Origin: Octopus vulgaris
Taxonomy: Eukaryota
Length of the DNA stretch: 64,000 bases
Direction: 5' to 3'
Assembly: GCA_951406725.2 (NCBI GenBank)
Contig: OX597833.1
Location: forward strand, 22,630,001 to 22,694,000
In this document: one piece after another, positions 1 through 13,853 of the stretch
Position numbering within the stretch: position 1 is the stretch's first letter
Layout of the letters: every line of letters begins with the position of its first letter
Notes under the pieces: generated by a model
What the model was told of the DNA's origin: nothing
What the model saw: only the letters and a program-made list of their open reading frames with translations
Database searches by the model: none
Translations under genes and position numbers: made by a program

Positions 1-417
1 CTATTTACATAATATTGAGGTCTCTTTCTTTCTTTTGTTATCTTACCGTTTTTACCAATATATATATATATATATATAAACGGCTCCATGGTCGAAGGTT
101 CCACATAGAACTTTTCGGCCGCTTGCAATGAGGATCGAACTCGTTGGTCCGGCCGTCTTATTACAACTTACTATAATTTCATTCGCGGTGATTGTAGTTG
201 TTGATGTTGAGATTGTTGCTTTACTTCATCTCTTGTTGCACTATAATTCACGAGGAGGAAAAAGAAAATGGGAAAACGGGAGATTTATGCATTTCCGAAA
301 TGTATTAGCGGCAGCAAGAAAGTGTCATGATGTTTTAAAACAATTTATGGGAGGTTCGAAACTTAGTCACAGTCTTGGCTTTTAGCTCTGAAAATTTCGA
401 AATATTAAATACAATGT

Positions 418-835
418 GGCGCAGGAGTGGCTGTGTGGTAAGTAGCTTGCTAACCAATCACATGGTTCTGGGTTCAGTCCCACTGCGTGGCGTCTTGGGC
501 AAGTGTCTTCTGCTATAGCCCCGGGCCGACCAATGCCTTGTGAGTGGATTTGGTAGATGGAAACTGAAAGAAGCCCGTCGTATATATGTATATATATATA
601 TATATGCGTGTATATGTTTGTGTCTGTGTTTGTCCCCCTAGCATTGCTTGACAACCGATGCTGGTGTGTTTATGTCCCCGTCACTTTGCGGTTCGGCAAA
701 AGAGACCGATAGAATAAGTACTAGGCTTACAAAGAATAAGTCCCGGGGTCGATTTGCTCGACTAAAGGCGGTGCTCCAGCATGGCCGCAGTCAAATGACT
801 GAAACAAGTAAAAGAGTAAAAGAGAGAGTAAGAGT
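418..835 (+). mobile_element. tRNA-derived composite SINE, family A (most complete copy)
   Basis: Head GGCGCAGGAGTGGCTGTGTGGTAAG has an A-box and a B-box-like GGTTCAGTCC, followed by CORE-like CTTGGGCAAGTG, an internal (TA)n, a 3' module GACAACCGATGCTGG...CAGCATGGCCGCAG and an (AAAAGAGT)n tail. Many further copies occur in the window. Confidence 0.85.
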
Positions 836-854
836 AATGTAGCGTGGGTCATTT

Positions 855-985
855 GCCGAGGTCGACTTAACCTTTCATCCTTTCGGAGTCGATAAATTAA
901 GTACAAGTGGAGCACTGGGGGTCGATGTAATCGATTAGCCCTCTGCTCCAAATTTCAGGCCTTGTGCCTATAGTAGAAAGGCTTA
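855..985 (+). mobile_element. SINE family B, 3' fragment
   Basis: Core GAGGTCGACTT..CCTTTCATCCTTTCGG.GTCGATAAATTAAGTAC is shared with more than 15 copies in the window. Confidence 0.8.
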
Positions 986-1129
986 TAAATTACGACACTG
1001 CTGTTGTTGTTAACCCCAGTCTTGAGGAGACCTGGGGTTATTTTCAAAGACTAACCTTTCCGAATTTTTCTCAGACATCGTATAAGTGTTCAAAATAATT
1101 GTCTCCTTTTTATCTGTTTTTTTCTCTCT

Positions 1130-1520
<391 letters not shown>

Positions 1521-1964
1521 TTCTTTTCAGATCATAAATATCCGCCAGGGAATTTTTGCCTACAAATTGCTCGGATATTTTCAATAAATCGAAGTTTTCT
1601 AACACATATCATTACATACACGATACCCAACCATATTTGCATTAAGTATACTAAGCAATCTCAGCTATGTTGTTGATTTTCATAACCATCTCATTACATT
1701 TCCTCGATTTCTATGTGTACTAATCACTATTTGTCTTGCCAACTGACTAGTATGTGCTTCGCAGAAGAAGTTCTCATAACGCCTATACATATCTATTGTC
1801 TTCAACAGTTGGCTTTGAAGATCAGATCCATTGAATTTGCGTTGTCTATTTTGTCGCAAGAAAGTGTTTCGATCGAAGAAGGGAGATAACTCCAAGTTAT
1901 CTCCCTTCTTCATTCTACAATTTGAAACCCTACTAGAAAGATTATTTTTGCAATTATATTTTGT

Positions 1965-2380
1965 CTATTTACTTGTTTCAGTCAATAGACTACGGCCATA
2001 CTGCAGTACCGCCTTCACAGGTCGTAGTGAAACAAATCGACCCCCAGTACTTATTTTCTTTTAAATATGGTATTTGTTCTATCGTTCTCCTTTGTCGAAC
2101 CGCTAAGTTAAAAGGACGTCAACAAACCAGCATCGGCTGTCAAGCAGTGACGGAGGACAAACATAAACATACACACACACTTATATATATGTATATATAT
2201 ATGTATATATATATATACATATATGCATACACACGTGCGCGCGCGCGCGCGACGGGCTTCTTTCAGTTTCCGTCTTCCAAATCCACTCAAAAGGCTTTGG
2301 TCTGTCCGGGGCTGTAGTAAAAGTCGCTTGCCCAAGGGATTATGCAGTGGGACTGAACCCAAGACCACATGGTTGGTAAG
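1965..2380 (-). mobile_element. SINE family A
   Basis: GACGGGCTTCTTTCAGTTTCCGTC...GGGACTGAACCC is the reverse complement of the 418-580 head. Confidence 0.8.
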
Positions 2381-3526
2381 AAAATCTCAGTCGATCGGAG
2401 TTTATCAAATTCCTGCATTACACATGTCAGTTATCACCGTATTAGTATGCAGTTTTCTCCTTCAGCCATATTTTTTATATGTAGGGCTGCATTAGTCACT
2501 GTTCCCTACCTGGTTTAAGGTGGAAGGGGACGATTTGAAGGAGCTTTCACTAACACTTCTACTATGTCAACAGACCACATAGAGACATTTCTGATGGGTT
2601 CGTAATGTATAATGGTCAAGTGCAATGCAACTATACAATACAGTAATGTTGAGTTTTAGATGATTCAAAGATACTTTCTTAGATTGGATCAAGTCCAGAT
2701 ATTAATAAGCGTGGTGTATATTTCTTCGATTCTGCTCAGGCATGTACCTGAGGCTTGTTTCCAAAAGGATGTTGGTGTTGCCTTGGCGGCGGTTTGCGCT
2801 CTCTGAGTTCTCTTGTTATATTTTGATTTCATGATTTGCTGGACCTTGGTGTTCTGTTGATCATTGAATTAAGCGTGAAAGTGGCTGAATATTTTTCAAA
2901 CACGAGTATCCCGAATGTAGTTGTTGGGCATTATCAGTGTGACACAAAACTGGATCTTTAAATGATGGGGACGATGCCTACTACGAACTTCCGCATAGTT
3001 TCCGTCTACCTAATTTCACTCTTAAGGTAAGGGTCGATCTGAGGCTATAGAAAATAATACTTGCTCCTGAAGCTACGAAGTGGATTCGAAATCCGAACCT
3101 TATGGTTGCGAAGCGACCTTTTTAACTATACTGCACCTACGTCGGCCATATTGTAGGTATGGCCGAGTGATTAAGAATTTCGTTTTACAGTTACAAGGTT
3201 CCAGTTTCGATTTGCTGCGTAACATTGTGGGCAGGTATCATTTTCTATAGCCACGGGTTCACGCATACTACATGAATGAAATTGTACCAGGAGTTGTGTA
3301 AAATTCCGTTGGATGCATCGTATTAGTAATACAAAAATTAAATCTTACCTGTGAAATACTCAGCCACTTACAGGCTAATTCAATGAGTCTGGTAGTTTAG
3401 TTGACTGAATAACTGAACACCCATGATCAATTTTGACTGCATGACCAGCGCTTTCTTTTTTTAAGCGTGGAAGATCGAATACATTAATCAACTACTAATT
3501 AACCACTTTATTTCACTTTACTCCAG

Positions 3527-3740
3527 TTCACTCAGCTGTAGAAATGAGTTGCGACATCACTGGTGCCAAGCTGTATCGGCCTTTGCCTTTCCCTTGGATA
3601 ACACTGGTGGTGTGGAGTGGGGAGGCTGGTATGCATGGGCGACTGCTGGTCTTCCATAAACAAGCTTGCCGGACTTGTGCCTGGGAGGGTATCTTTCTAG
3701 GTGCAATCCCATAGTCAGTCATGACCGAAGGGGGGGGTCT
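3527..3740 (+). mobile_element. SINE family C, 3' part
   Basis: Matches 16112-16310 in the opposite orientation (GCCAAGCTGTATCGG...CATGGGCGACTGCTGGTCTTCC...CATGACCGAAGGGG). Confidence 0.75.
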
Positions 3741-4299
3741 CAATATATATATATACACACACACACACATTATTTATTATGTGCGTATGTGAATACATGT
3801 TTATGTAAATCTTCATATTTCTGGGCGTGGCTTCTCGCTCTAATATCTGTTACACCACCAATTAAATTATCTTACGATGACGGTAAGATCACATGTACAT
3901 GAATTCATAATCTACTTTAACATGCCAGAATGATGAGGCTATCTATTTTTTTTAAGGTTTGAATTCCTTAGGGTTTACATCATTTTTTAAAATAAATATA
4001 GTTGTGAATGTAACTGACTCTATGTATTTAAATGCTCCCCGAAATGAACATATATTTTATTTTAATGGCTCCGAGGAAGCTAGTGAATGTTGCACAAACA
4101 CTTAGCTCTGTATGAAGTGCTTTTCATTGCAGAAACAGATGTAAATAAGTTAATGAAGTCGATTACGTGACTCCTATTCTCTTGCATTTCATTAATATGC
4201 CAACGCTTTACTCTAAAGCGAATGTATGTTGACTTCTAACAACTAGGTATTAGTATCGCTAAGTCTAAGCGAAATGTACGTATACACACACACAAGCGC

Positions 4300-4340
<41 letters not shown>

Positions 4341-4712
4341 CACAATCATACATAAATGTGTGTGTGTGTGTGTGTGGCTAAGTAGCATCCAACTCTACCC
4401 CATATAAAAGACCCGGATGAATTCAAACCTAAAAAAAGAAAACAAGACAGCCTCGTTACTCTGGCAAGTTATATTACATTATGAAGTGATCTTCCCGTCG
4501 TCCTAAAATAATTTAATTGCTGCTATACTTTGAAGAACTCTACTGATGTCCGCTAACGAGTATCTACACACCCGTTTCCTTTTATGGCGTAACCACAGGA
4601 GATGAGCTGCACCAAATAGGCTTACATGATTAAAAACAGACGAGTTAGAGATCTTCAAAGGATTTTTATATGTATATTGATTACGAAGAGTGACAATGGA
4701 AAAATAAAAATC

Positions 4713-4746
<34 letters not shown>

Positions 4747-4898
4747 CAGACAGAGAAAACACCCATCTGTTCTGTTTCAAGTACATCGGCTTAAACGGCG
4801 ATGTTTTTACCATTTACTTAAATTAGAGCGGGTACGATGAATAGTAGCATAATTGTAAATTACTCGGTCATTATGATGCGTGTTCAATCGAACCCTTT

Positions 4899-5005
<107 letters not shown>

Positions 5006-5044
5006 TTATGTGTCATATATATTTATTTGTCAAATAGTGGTTAT

Positions 5045-8000
5045 CTACTCCTTATGCAGAGTTTGACCACCGGCATCTGATGTGGCTTTTAAAACCAGAC
5101 AATGTTTTGAAAAGAACCCACATAGATTGCAAACTCGATTTGGATCACCAAGAGCTACAGTTAAATTCTGATCTTTGTGGATCTTAAAATGTCTTTTGAG
5201 GCTGCAGTTAGATTTGCAGTGTTTCTGGCACACATTACATTGAAAAGTGTGCACAGACATATAAGCAGAATTGTTGGTGGAGGTTCATTCTCCATGGGTT
5301 CGCAAATGAGCTTTGAGCCCAACAAAAGAAAGCCACGGTCTGTCACAAACTGTGCACACAAAAAGATCATTGTGATTCACCTTCTCGATCGCAACATTCT
5401 TCTTTAAATCTCTCTTGAATCTTGCATGAGTTATCCTGGTCTCTTCAAATGCTTTCACTCCACTCCACACCTTTGTTCGCCATCTAGCTCGATCCGTAGC
5501 AAGGGTTTCTATGTCCTCTGGATCCATTCTAAGTGACTTCATGGTATTCCTTATGCCGTCCTTAAACCTTTTTCTAGATTTACGCCGATAACGTTTCCCC
5601 TCTGCAAGTTCACCATAAAATAGTTTGGGTGTGCGTTCATCCGCCATTCGAACAATATGGCCATACCATCTCTTTTTTTTTTTTTTAAATCATTGCTTTA
5701 ATTGAGGTGTTATCTGCGGACGCAAGGACATCTGTATTTGGAGTAAAAGAACTCCATTTAATGTTTGAAATGCGATGAAGGCATTTTTGGTGGAATTGTT
5801 CTAACAATTTGAAATGTCTTTCGTAATATGTCCATGTTTCAGAACAACAGGGATAGTAGGACAAATGATTTGTAAACAGCCAATTTTGTATCGCACTTTA
5901 TATGTCGGTCGCGCCAAGCGCGTGACTCCAGGCCACCAAATGCTTGTGCTGCCATTTGAATTCGCAGATGTATTTCTGTGTCCAGATTCCCCTCATTTTG
6001 TACAGAGCTTTCAAGGTAGATGAAAGAATCAACAACTTCAAGTAGTTTACCCTTAACAAAAAAATGGGGGTTGCAAACAGCACCACATGCATGTAGATAT
6101 ATTTCAACTGTTTTTTTTTCAAGTTGATGGTCAAACCAAAATCATCACAAGCTGAGTCAAATACAGATTCAAGAGATTGAAGACTTGTTTCAGAATGACT
6201 AACTAGATCGCATTCGTTAGCGTATAAGAGTTCCCTAATGAGTGAAGTAAAAGCCTTCGTTTTGAATTCAGTCTGGTCAGATTAAAAACATTCACTGTTG
6301 TTTGATATTTTATGCAAATACCCTCCTCGAAGTTTTGAAAAGCATGTGACAACACAAGAGTAAAGTATATGGCAGAGAGGATGCAACAAGGTCTCGTTGC
6401 TTTACTCCATTTTTCACGGCAAAAGATTCAGAGAGCCAATATTAACCAGCAAAATTAACTCTAGCCTTCATATCTTGATGCAAATCCTTGATCATGTTTA
6501 CAAATTTTTCTGGGCAACCTATTTTCCTTAGAATTAGCCATAGAGCATTTCGATTAACAGTATCGAATGCTTTGATCAAATCAATAAAGCAATGGTAAAG
6601 GGCAAGATTCTGTTCAATGCACTTTTCTTGAAATAGTCTGATAGTAAAGATACAATTAGTTGTGCCTCCGGAGGAGCGAAAACCACACTGAGACTCAGAC
6701 ACCATATTTGGAACTATGAAGGTATTTAAACGTTCTAAGAGAATGCGGACAAGTACCTTTCCAATCACAGACAAAAGCAAAATCCTACGAAAATTACCAC
6801 ACAGATCTTTTGGCCCCGATTTATACAAGGAGACTAAAATAGCATCAATCCAGTCTTGAGGCACTTTCTCAGTTCTCCAACAATGACAAATTAATCTATT
6901 TAAGAGTTCAAACATTTAGTCACCCCCATATTTCAAGACCTCTGCACAGATTCAATCAGACCCTAGAGACTTATTATTATTCAGCTTATTCACAGCTAAA
7001 TAAATGTGATTTAGAGTTGGTTCAAATTCCATTTCTTCTATAACTGGAAAGTCTTCGATTTTTTCTGTCATTCTCATGTTAGTAGATGATGGTCTATTCA
7101 AAAGTGAAGAAAAATGTTCCACCCAGTGCTTACGAATAGAAACGGTGTCGGCCAGAAGCAAACGTCCATTTGCTGTTCTCACTGGAGCAATTGAAGGCGA
7201 TTTAGGGCCCATATACCTCCTTAACATAAGAATACAAACCCTTGGCGTTATTCCTATCAGCTGCTTCTAGTGCTCCTTTTGCTCTATTATTCCACCATTC
7301 CTATTTAGTTTTCCTTAGAGCAGCCTGCACTTTCTCTTTCAGCTTTCTTCGTTTGAGTTGGGTACCTTGGGACAAGACTGTCGACTTTTAGGCATTATCG
7401 AAAAGTTTATTTTCCCTCGCACTAGACGATGGCCAGTCGGGCTCTCTACTCTTCCCATGGCCCGAAATCTAGAAACATCTTTTATATCACGCTTTCTGAT
7501 CAAAATATAATCTATGAGATGCCAGCGCTTAGATCTTGGGTGCATCCAGGTGGTTTTATATTTATTTTTCTGCTTAAGAAGAATGTTGGTAACAACCAGA
7601 TTATTCTCAGTACAAAACGTCAAAAGAGCCACTCCATTTTATTACATTTTCCAGTCCCATGTCGACCTAAAACAGGCCATAAAACTCTTGTGTTGAAATC
7701 TCCCAATATGATCAGCTTGTCAGAAATTGGTACTTTCCTCAGTAATTGAGCTAGATCATCATAAAACTGTCCTACAGTTTCATGAGAATGAGACATTGCT
7801 GATACATAAATACAGACAACAGTAAGAAACCTACCTTTTGTCAGTTTCATACAGCATGAAATGATCCGTTCAGATATACCACTTGGAAACTCTGCAATGG
7901 AGGATACGAGTGAATTCTTGAGAGCAAATCCAACACAAGTTCTCTACGCTGACCCTCAGATAGGCCTCTCCAAAAGATAGTATATCCATATGTAAGTTCA

Positions 8001-8762
8001 TTTATATGACCCTCACCAGAGAGACGAGTTTCAGAGAGCGCAACTATATCAAGGGAATATTTTTTAAGCTTACGTGCAGTACGCCGTTCTGGCCTCTTGT
8101 TGAAATTATCATCAAGAAGTGTGCGCACATTCCAACAGCCAAAATTCAGTGGATGTTTATTTTCACTTTTTCTTGAAGATTGTTTGACCATAGTGGCAGG
8201 ATGACGACCAGGCCCAGCCAGTGATACTCTGGGACACCTGCCGAGCCAGACCTGTTCTCCTGACATTCCAAAGCCTTTTTTTTTTTTACCATTTATTGAA
8301 TCTGTTTGTGGCATTTTAGAGAATGTTATAAGTGCATTTTTAGGTTTCTGCCAACCAACCAATTCAATGATTTTACTGAGATTTGGTGTACCTGTGCAGA
8401 TGAATAATTTTCAGTGGATGTAGCTTACACTACCCCCACCTATTGGCCCAAGAATACTTTTACCGGTGTGACATGAAAATTGACAAAACCAGGAACTTCC
8501 AAGTCCTCAGGTTTTGTTTCGGAGAATATAAAAAACAAGAAAAAAAGAAAAGAAAAAGTTTATACATATTTACACATATTTGTTGGATGGCTGTTCACTG
8601 CTCACGAGTTCCTCCGCCCTTTGATGGGGCTTATTTTTCCTCCCGCAGGGTGTCCAATAATTACCCTCTTCACCAAGCAAGCCTGGAGGGGTTGCCAGTT
8701 TAGTCGCCGACGACCTGACAATGCCGATGACTCGACCATTTCCACAGGACGCAATCTTCTTC
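5045..8762 (-). mobile_element. Near full-length RTE-clade LINE (APE endonuclease, RT, three C2H2 fingers), inactivated by frameshifts and stops
   Basis: APE motifs: FGCWNVRTL, DIVALSETR, LIILGDFN, TTWMHPRSKRWHLIDYIL. RT motifs: NFRRILLLSVIGK, ESQCGFR, FIDLIKAFDTVNR, and LLYANE at 6213-6224 (decayed YADD). The C-terminus has RTPKLFYGELAEGKR and DRARWR. The 5' UTR runs to about 8762. Confidence 0.93.
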
Positions 8763-8946
8763 AAGCAATATTACTTCCAGTATGGAAGAAATTGTGCATA
8801 AATGTTTGCATTAATGTGTATGCTCAGTATTATACAATACAATTGTATTTTCACAAATTAATGTAAATAAAGAAAGCTACTTAAATCAGTGGAACATCAT
8901 GGTTACACCAGCAATTCAACTCTAAATATACTCACAAAATTTTCTC

Positions 8947-8997
<51 letters not shown>

Positions 8998-9319
8998 GTA
9001 TGTACACACACACAGACGCACGCACACTCACACAGTATATGGAAGGAAACTGGACAAAATTAGATTAATTTGGTCAATAAGTAGACGAAGGAAATTGATC
9101 GGAATTTCTGGATTACCAGTTACATAGATTATTCTACTCTTCTTTGTAATCGATCTCTATGTGGGCTGATAGCCGAGTCCGTAAGATTTCTGCTATACAA
9201 CTTTCTGTTATAGCCGCATGATTCTCTAACAATTATTCCGGTACCACTCTGTTTCTAACGACATTGTACGTAAATGATTTCATGTGAAAAGTTACGCAAA
9301 ATTTGCGATTGATTACACT

Positions 9320-9475
9320 GGAGCGGTCCTTCAACTGGTACTTATTTTATTGGCCCTGAAAGAATGAAAGGCGAAGTGGATCTTGGCGGAATTTGAATTC
9401 TGAATATAAAGATGGACGAAATGCCACTTGGAATTTTATCAGGCTTGCTAACAGTTCTGCCAGCTCACCACTAAA
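9320..9475 (-). mobile_element. SINE family B, degenerate
   Basis: CTGGTACTTATTTTAT...GGCGGAATTTGAA...CTGCCAGCTCACC. Confidence 0.7.
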
Positions 9476-9559
9476 ACGAACTGAAATTTGAAAATGGCGG
9501 TCTCTGTGCGGTAGGAGAAGGTGAGGCATGTTGCATTCAGTAGATAGCGACCAGCCAAT

Positions 9560-10570
9560 CTTATGTAAAGAAAACAGCGATGGTAGGGTAAAGGTTTGAT
9601 TTGGAAATTATAAAGATTTCATATGTATCTGCAGGTCCATTGTGTTAGTTAAGGGTATAGGGAGATGTTTGTATTAACATGTACATAGAATACATAATGC
9701 AGCTTCGGCATGGGAGGTATGCATGATCAAGAAGAGTTGCATGCACTGAAGTTACCAAATGATGATAATCTTAGAGAAAGGTGAGATGAAACAAGTAGCT
9801 TCAGTATTGAAGGAGAGATACTGTTAAAGTTCGGATAGCAGTAGAAACAGAAAGTGAAACTTTTAAAAAATAAAGACGAGTTTTAATTAGAGTTATAGCT
9901 GTAATTTAATTAGAGTAAATGCTGAAATCCAGCCAAGAGAAGTGGAGTGAATGTCCGTGAAGTAGAAAATATATACACGCAGACATCACTTTTCGAAGAA
10001 AACTTGGATTGCATAATGTAGACCGTGAGTAGAGATGTATTGAAGAGAAATTTGTACCTGGGATGTTTATTGTTATTTATTCCTTCTCGAGCCATGCCTG
10101 GCTCATTAGGGCCGGTTTCCCAGTTTCCTTGGCATATAGATTCCCCACCTGGACGGGACGCCGGTCCGTCGCAGGTGAGCTGCAAGATGCAGGAAGAAAG
10201 AATGAGAGAAAGTTGTTGCGAAAGAGTCAGCAGAAGTTCGCCATTACCTTCTGCCGGAGCCGCGTGGAGCTTAGGTCTTTCGCTCATAAACACACACATT
10301 GCCCGGTCTGAGATTCGAACCCGCGATCCCTCGACCGCGAGTCCGCGAGTCCGCTGCTCTAACCTCTAGGACATGTGCCTCCACACCTGGGATGTGTTGA
10401 AGATGAATTTGTGAATAAGGAATTTGTGCCTGAAAAAAAATTAGATGTGTGTTTGTATGTTAGCAGGAGATGATAATTGGGGTGCATATTGATCAGAAGT
10501 TCAGGTATGTTTGTGATGAAGAAGGGGGATTTATTTAGCGGATTGATTGCTTTATAGTTCTTCGTATTTG
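9560..10570 (-). mobile_element. Highly decayed LINE endonuclease region (CR1/Jockey group), split by a SINE
   Basis: Minus-strand peptides FFITNIPELLIN..HLL and DVCVYI resemble APE N-terminal motifs. Judged by eye. Confidence 0.35.
10067..10384 (-). mobile_element. tRNA-derived SINE family D (possibly octopus OR-type) with 11-bp TSD
   Basis: Head GGAGGCACATG..GGTTAGAGCAGCGGACTCGCGG..GGGTTCGAATC. The TSD ACCTGGGATGT lies at 10056-10066 and 10385-10395. Confidence 0.85.
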
Positions 10571-10958
10571 TAGTTGTTTGCCCTAGATCAGCAACCATAG
10601 AGAAATCCTACGATCAAAAGTATTCCAGTAATGACCACCCCATCTTCTTAGGTGTATGAGAGACTGCATTATGTTATGTGACTTCTACTTTTTAAAGACT
10701 GAATGCTATAAGAGCTTCCTGAGAAAGTCTTGGCAGCTTAGGGTGGGTAGAGGGAGCCTCCTCAACATATGAGTTGCTGGGAATTATCACTTCGTTCGCT
10801 GAGGACGACCTTGCCTTTCATCATTTCGGGATCGATGAAATAAGTACCTGTTGAGGACTGGGGTCGATGTAATCGGCATACCCGCTCCCTTGTGCCAAAA
10901 TTTGAAATCGATAATTATCACTTCGTTCCTGTAAGTCAAGGCTAAGAATCTGATGTGA

Positions 10959-13853
10959 GGACATTTGTTAAGTGGTAAAATAAAATTATTAACTATAAAA
11001 TAAAAATAAAAACAACTAAATACTTTCAAGATAAAAACAAATGATAACAAGATCAAGATTTCATGGAGTAGTTTTGTCGGTTTCGAGATGTGACAAGGAG
11101 GTCAGATAATTTACAATAACAAGAAAAAATCAACTTGAACTATAAAAAAAAACCCAAAGCTCCCGTTAGCATAGTTACTCATCGCTAGTTTCATTACTAT
11201 TTTTTATATAGTAAACAGGGCATCCTCCTCTACCTCTTCATTTTTATCATCCTGTTCCGTTTAAAAAAATATTATAATGATAAGAAGCTGATATGTACAA
11301 ACATTCTTTAAACAGTATTCCCATGTAATGCATTTATGTATGATATAATCTTGCTAGGTTACTTTACATAAAAAACAAAACAAATGAACACATTATAGAA
11401 ATGCTTAATTGTCCTCTTATTTAATAAAAAAAAAACTGGGTTAGCAAGGGCATAATTAGGATGGAAAATATCTGACAGTATTGAATGAGAGGGGTAGGTA
11501 TTGGGATATCAAAGGAATTTTATCGTCTGTTCCTCCATGAGCGGCCCGATCGTGTCCCACTAGGCCAAGTATTTCTCTTCAGTTGCTGTGGCATAAAGCC
11601 GATAAAAGATAAAAAATTTCACTTGTGCAGGACACCAGAATCTCTCAATTTTTTGTGCAAACTAACTGATCAGTTGTCCACTTTGCAATAAAGCCGCAGT
11701 TTTCAGAGAGGGATTGTAACACTCTGTGGTATCAATCTAGCATTAGAAGAGCTCAGGTGCTGAGAGTTCAACGAACTAGTCTTGAATATAATACAATATT
11801 TGAGACAAGCTTCTATGATAGGACTCAATCATTTGCAAACTTTAGTAAACCAATATTTGAGGAGCATCATTCACTGACGATTTCTATATATGCTGTCCAC
11901 CGACGAGACACATCTCTTCCAATTGCGAGGTCAGCTGGAACATTTCTCAGTTTTCACACTGTTAAACATTTGAACAAATATTTTCCTTTCTAAATGCAAA
12001 CAGTGCTATATCATAGCACTATCGTCAATTAGGACACCCCACATAGTTCCGATCGCTTCTACAGTAAAAGGCAATACCCTCTTTCAGTTGTGACCCGGTT
12101 TGAAAACAACGTGCTGAAAACATGACAATTAACTCAGTCTATAATCGACGCTCACACTCACTGACCTTTCAGCACATTTACTAGTGGACAAGTATCTCCC
12201 TTTTAACACTCACCTCCATCTGTGAAATTTGCAGATGTAGATGGGGCCTTGGTCGAAAAAGAAAGTGTTCTCATTCCTTTCAATATAACCTCTTCTATCA
12301 CAACCACTAGACAGAAGAAAAATACCTACACTTAAAGGAAGGAGCGATCCCCTCGATGAACTCGGATGCTATCAGCATCTGTAATACGAAATAGCTGTTC
12401 ACCATAACTCCACAATCTACTCATACTCATAATAGTAGTACTCATACTACTAACCCCACAGCAATGCATGGGGAGTAGTTTCGTTGATCTTACAATGCCC
12501 ATAGAGCTTTTCCTGAATCGACAAAGCTCACATCCAGTAGATTATCTGACAGTGGTTTCTGATTACATATATATATATATAGCCTCCGGACTGAATGACC
12601 TCCAAATAAGCCGTTCTTTTGAGCCTAGGGTCTCCCCGAAGGCGTAATTACTCTCGCCTAACACCAATTCCCCAAGAATACAAGAATTGACGTACTGCCG
12701 TCCGCGTTGCTTGACTTGTAAAGAACTGCAACCCAATCTTGGACTTTAAATTCATCTATAACTACAATTCTATCAAAGAGAACAGCTGTTGAAATATGCC
12801 CGACAAACGGTGTCCATATTTGCTCACTTACCTATAATTCTCTGCAGACGCCACAACTTTAGTGCATACTTGTGTTAACAGTTGACCCACTTTTTACAAG
12901 CAGAATACGTCAATTCTACAATAAACGAAAAGGCGGATCCTCCAATCTAATTAGGTGAAAGAAAGAATAAGTGACGCCAGTCAAGCAGCAATAAATAAGA
13001 GACGGCAAGGCGGCGAGCTGGAAGAAACGTTAGCTCGCCGGGCGAAATGCTTAGCGCTATTTTGTCGGTCTTTACGCTCTGAGTTCAAATTCCGCCGAGG
13101 TCGACTTTGCCTTTCATTCTTTGGAGTCGATAAATTAAATACCAGTTGCGTATTGGGGTCGATCTAATCGACTGGCCCCCTCCCTAAAAATTTCGGGCCT
13201 TGTGTCTAGAGTAGAAAAGAATAAATAAGAGGTGGCAAGGCGGCGAGCTGGCAGAAACGTTAGCACGCCGGGCAAAATGCGTAGCCGTAGTTCGTCTGCC
13301 GTTACGTTCTGAGTTCAAATTCCGCCGAGGTCGACTTTGCCTTTCATCCTTTCGGGGTCGATTAAATAAGTACCAGTTACACACTGGGGTCGATATAATC
13401 GACTTAATCCGTTTGTCTGTCCTTCTCTGTCCTCTCTGTGTTTAGCCCCTTGTGGGTAGTAAAGAAATAGGTATTTCGTCTGCCGCTACGTTCTGAGTTC
13501 AAATTTCGTCGAGGTCGACTTTGCCTTTCATCCTTTCGGGGTCGATAAATTACGTACTAGTTGCGTACCTAGGTCGATCTAATCGACTGCCCCCCCCTCC
13601 CTAAAAATTTCGGGTCTTGTGCCTAGAATAGAAAAGAATAAATAAGAGGTGACGTATGCATTCATCAACTCTTCTCGACCTTTCATTCCATTTCTGGGTG
13701 AGACTAGCCACACTGTTAGCAACTTCGTCCTTATTTCTTTGCTACTGAGTATCCAGCTGAAACCCAGCTCCCTACCGTCGTTTTAGTGGGTGGGGCTAGA
13801 GTTGCCGGTAATCATGTCTTCTGAAGACCAGAAGTCAGTCGCCGCTGTTAAGC
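10959..13853 (-). mobile_element. Very decayed, 5'-truncated L1/Tx1 unit (RT to C-terminus plus 3' UTR)
   Basis: Minus-strand remnants are colinear with ORF2 at 24.8-27.9 kb: VASAEN for AYADD, NLKSKIGLQ for DKSVGLQ, RLWS for QLWS, STSANF for SSTADF, ELIVMF..FKPGH for QLINLF..FGPGY, CPN* for CPRC. Confidence 0.55.
13007..13640 (+). mobile_element. Two tandem SINE family B copies, the second with an internal repeat
   Basis: Heads AAGGCGGCGAGCTGG start near 13007 and 13237. AATAAATAAGAG occurs before, between and after them. Confidence 0.9.

Noticed and set aside
5045-5370. Host C2H2 zinc-finger gene
   Set aside because: The fingers are contiguous with the RTE ORF C-terminus and lack TGEKP linkers.
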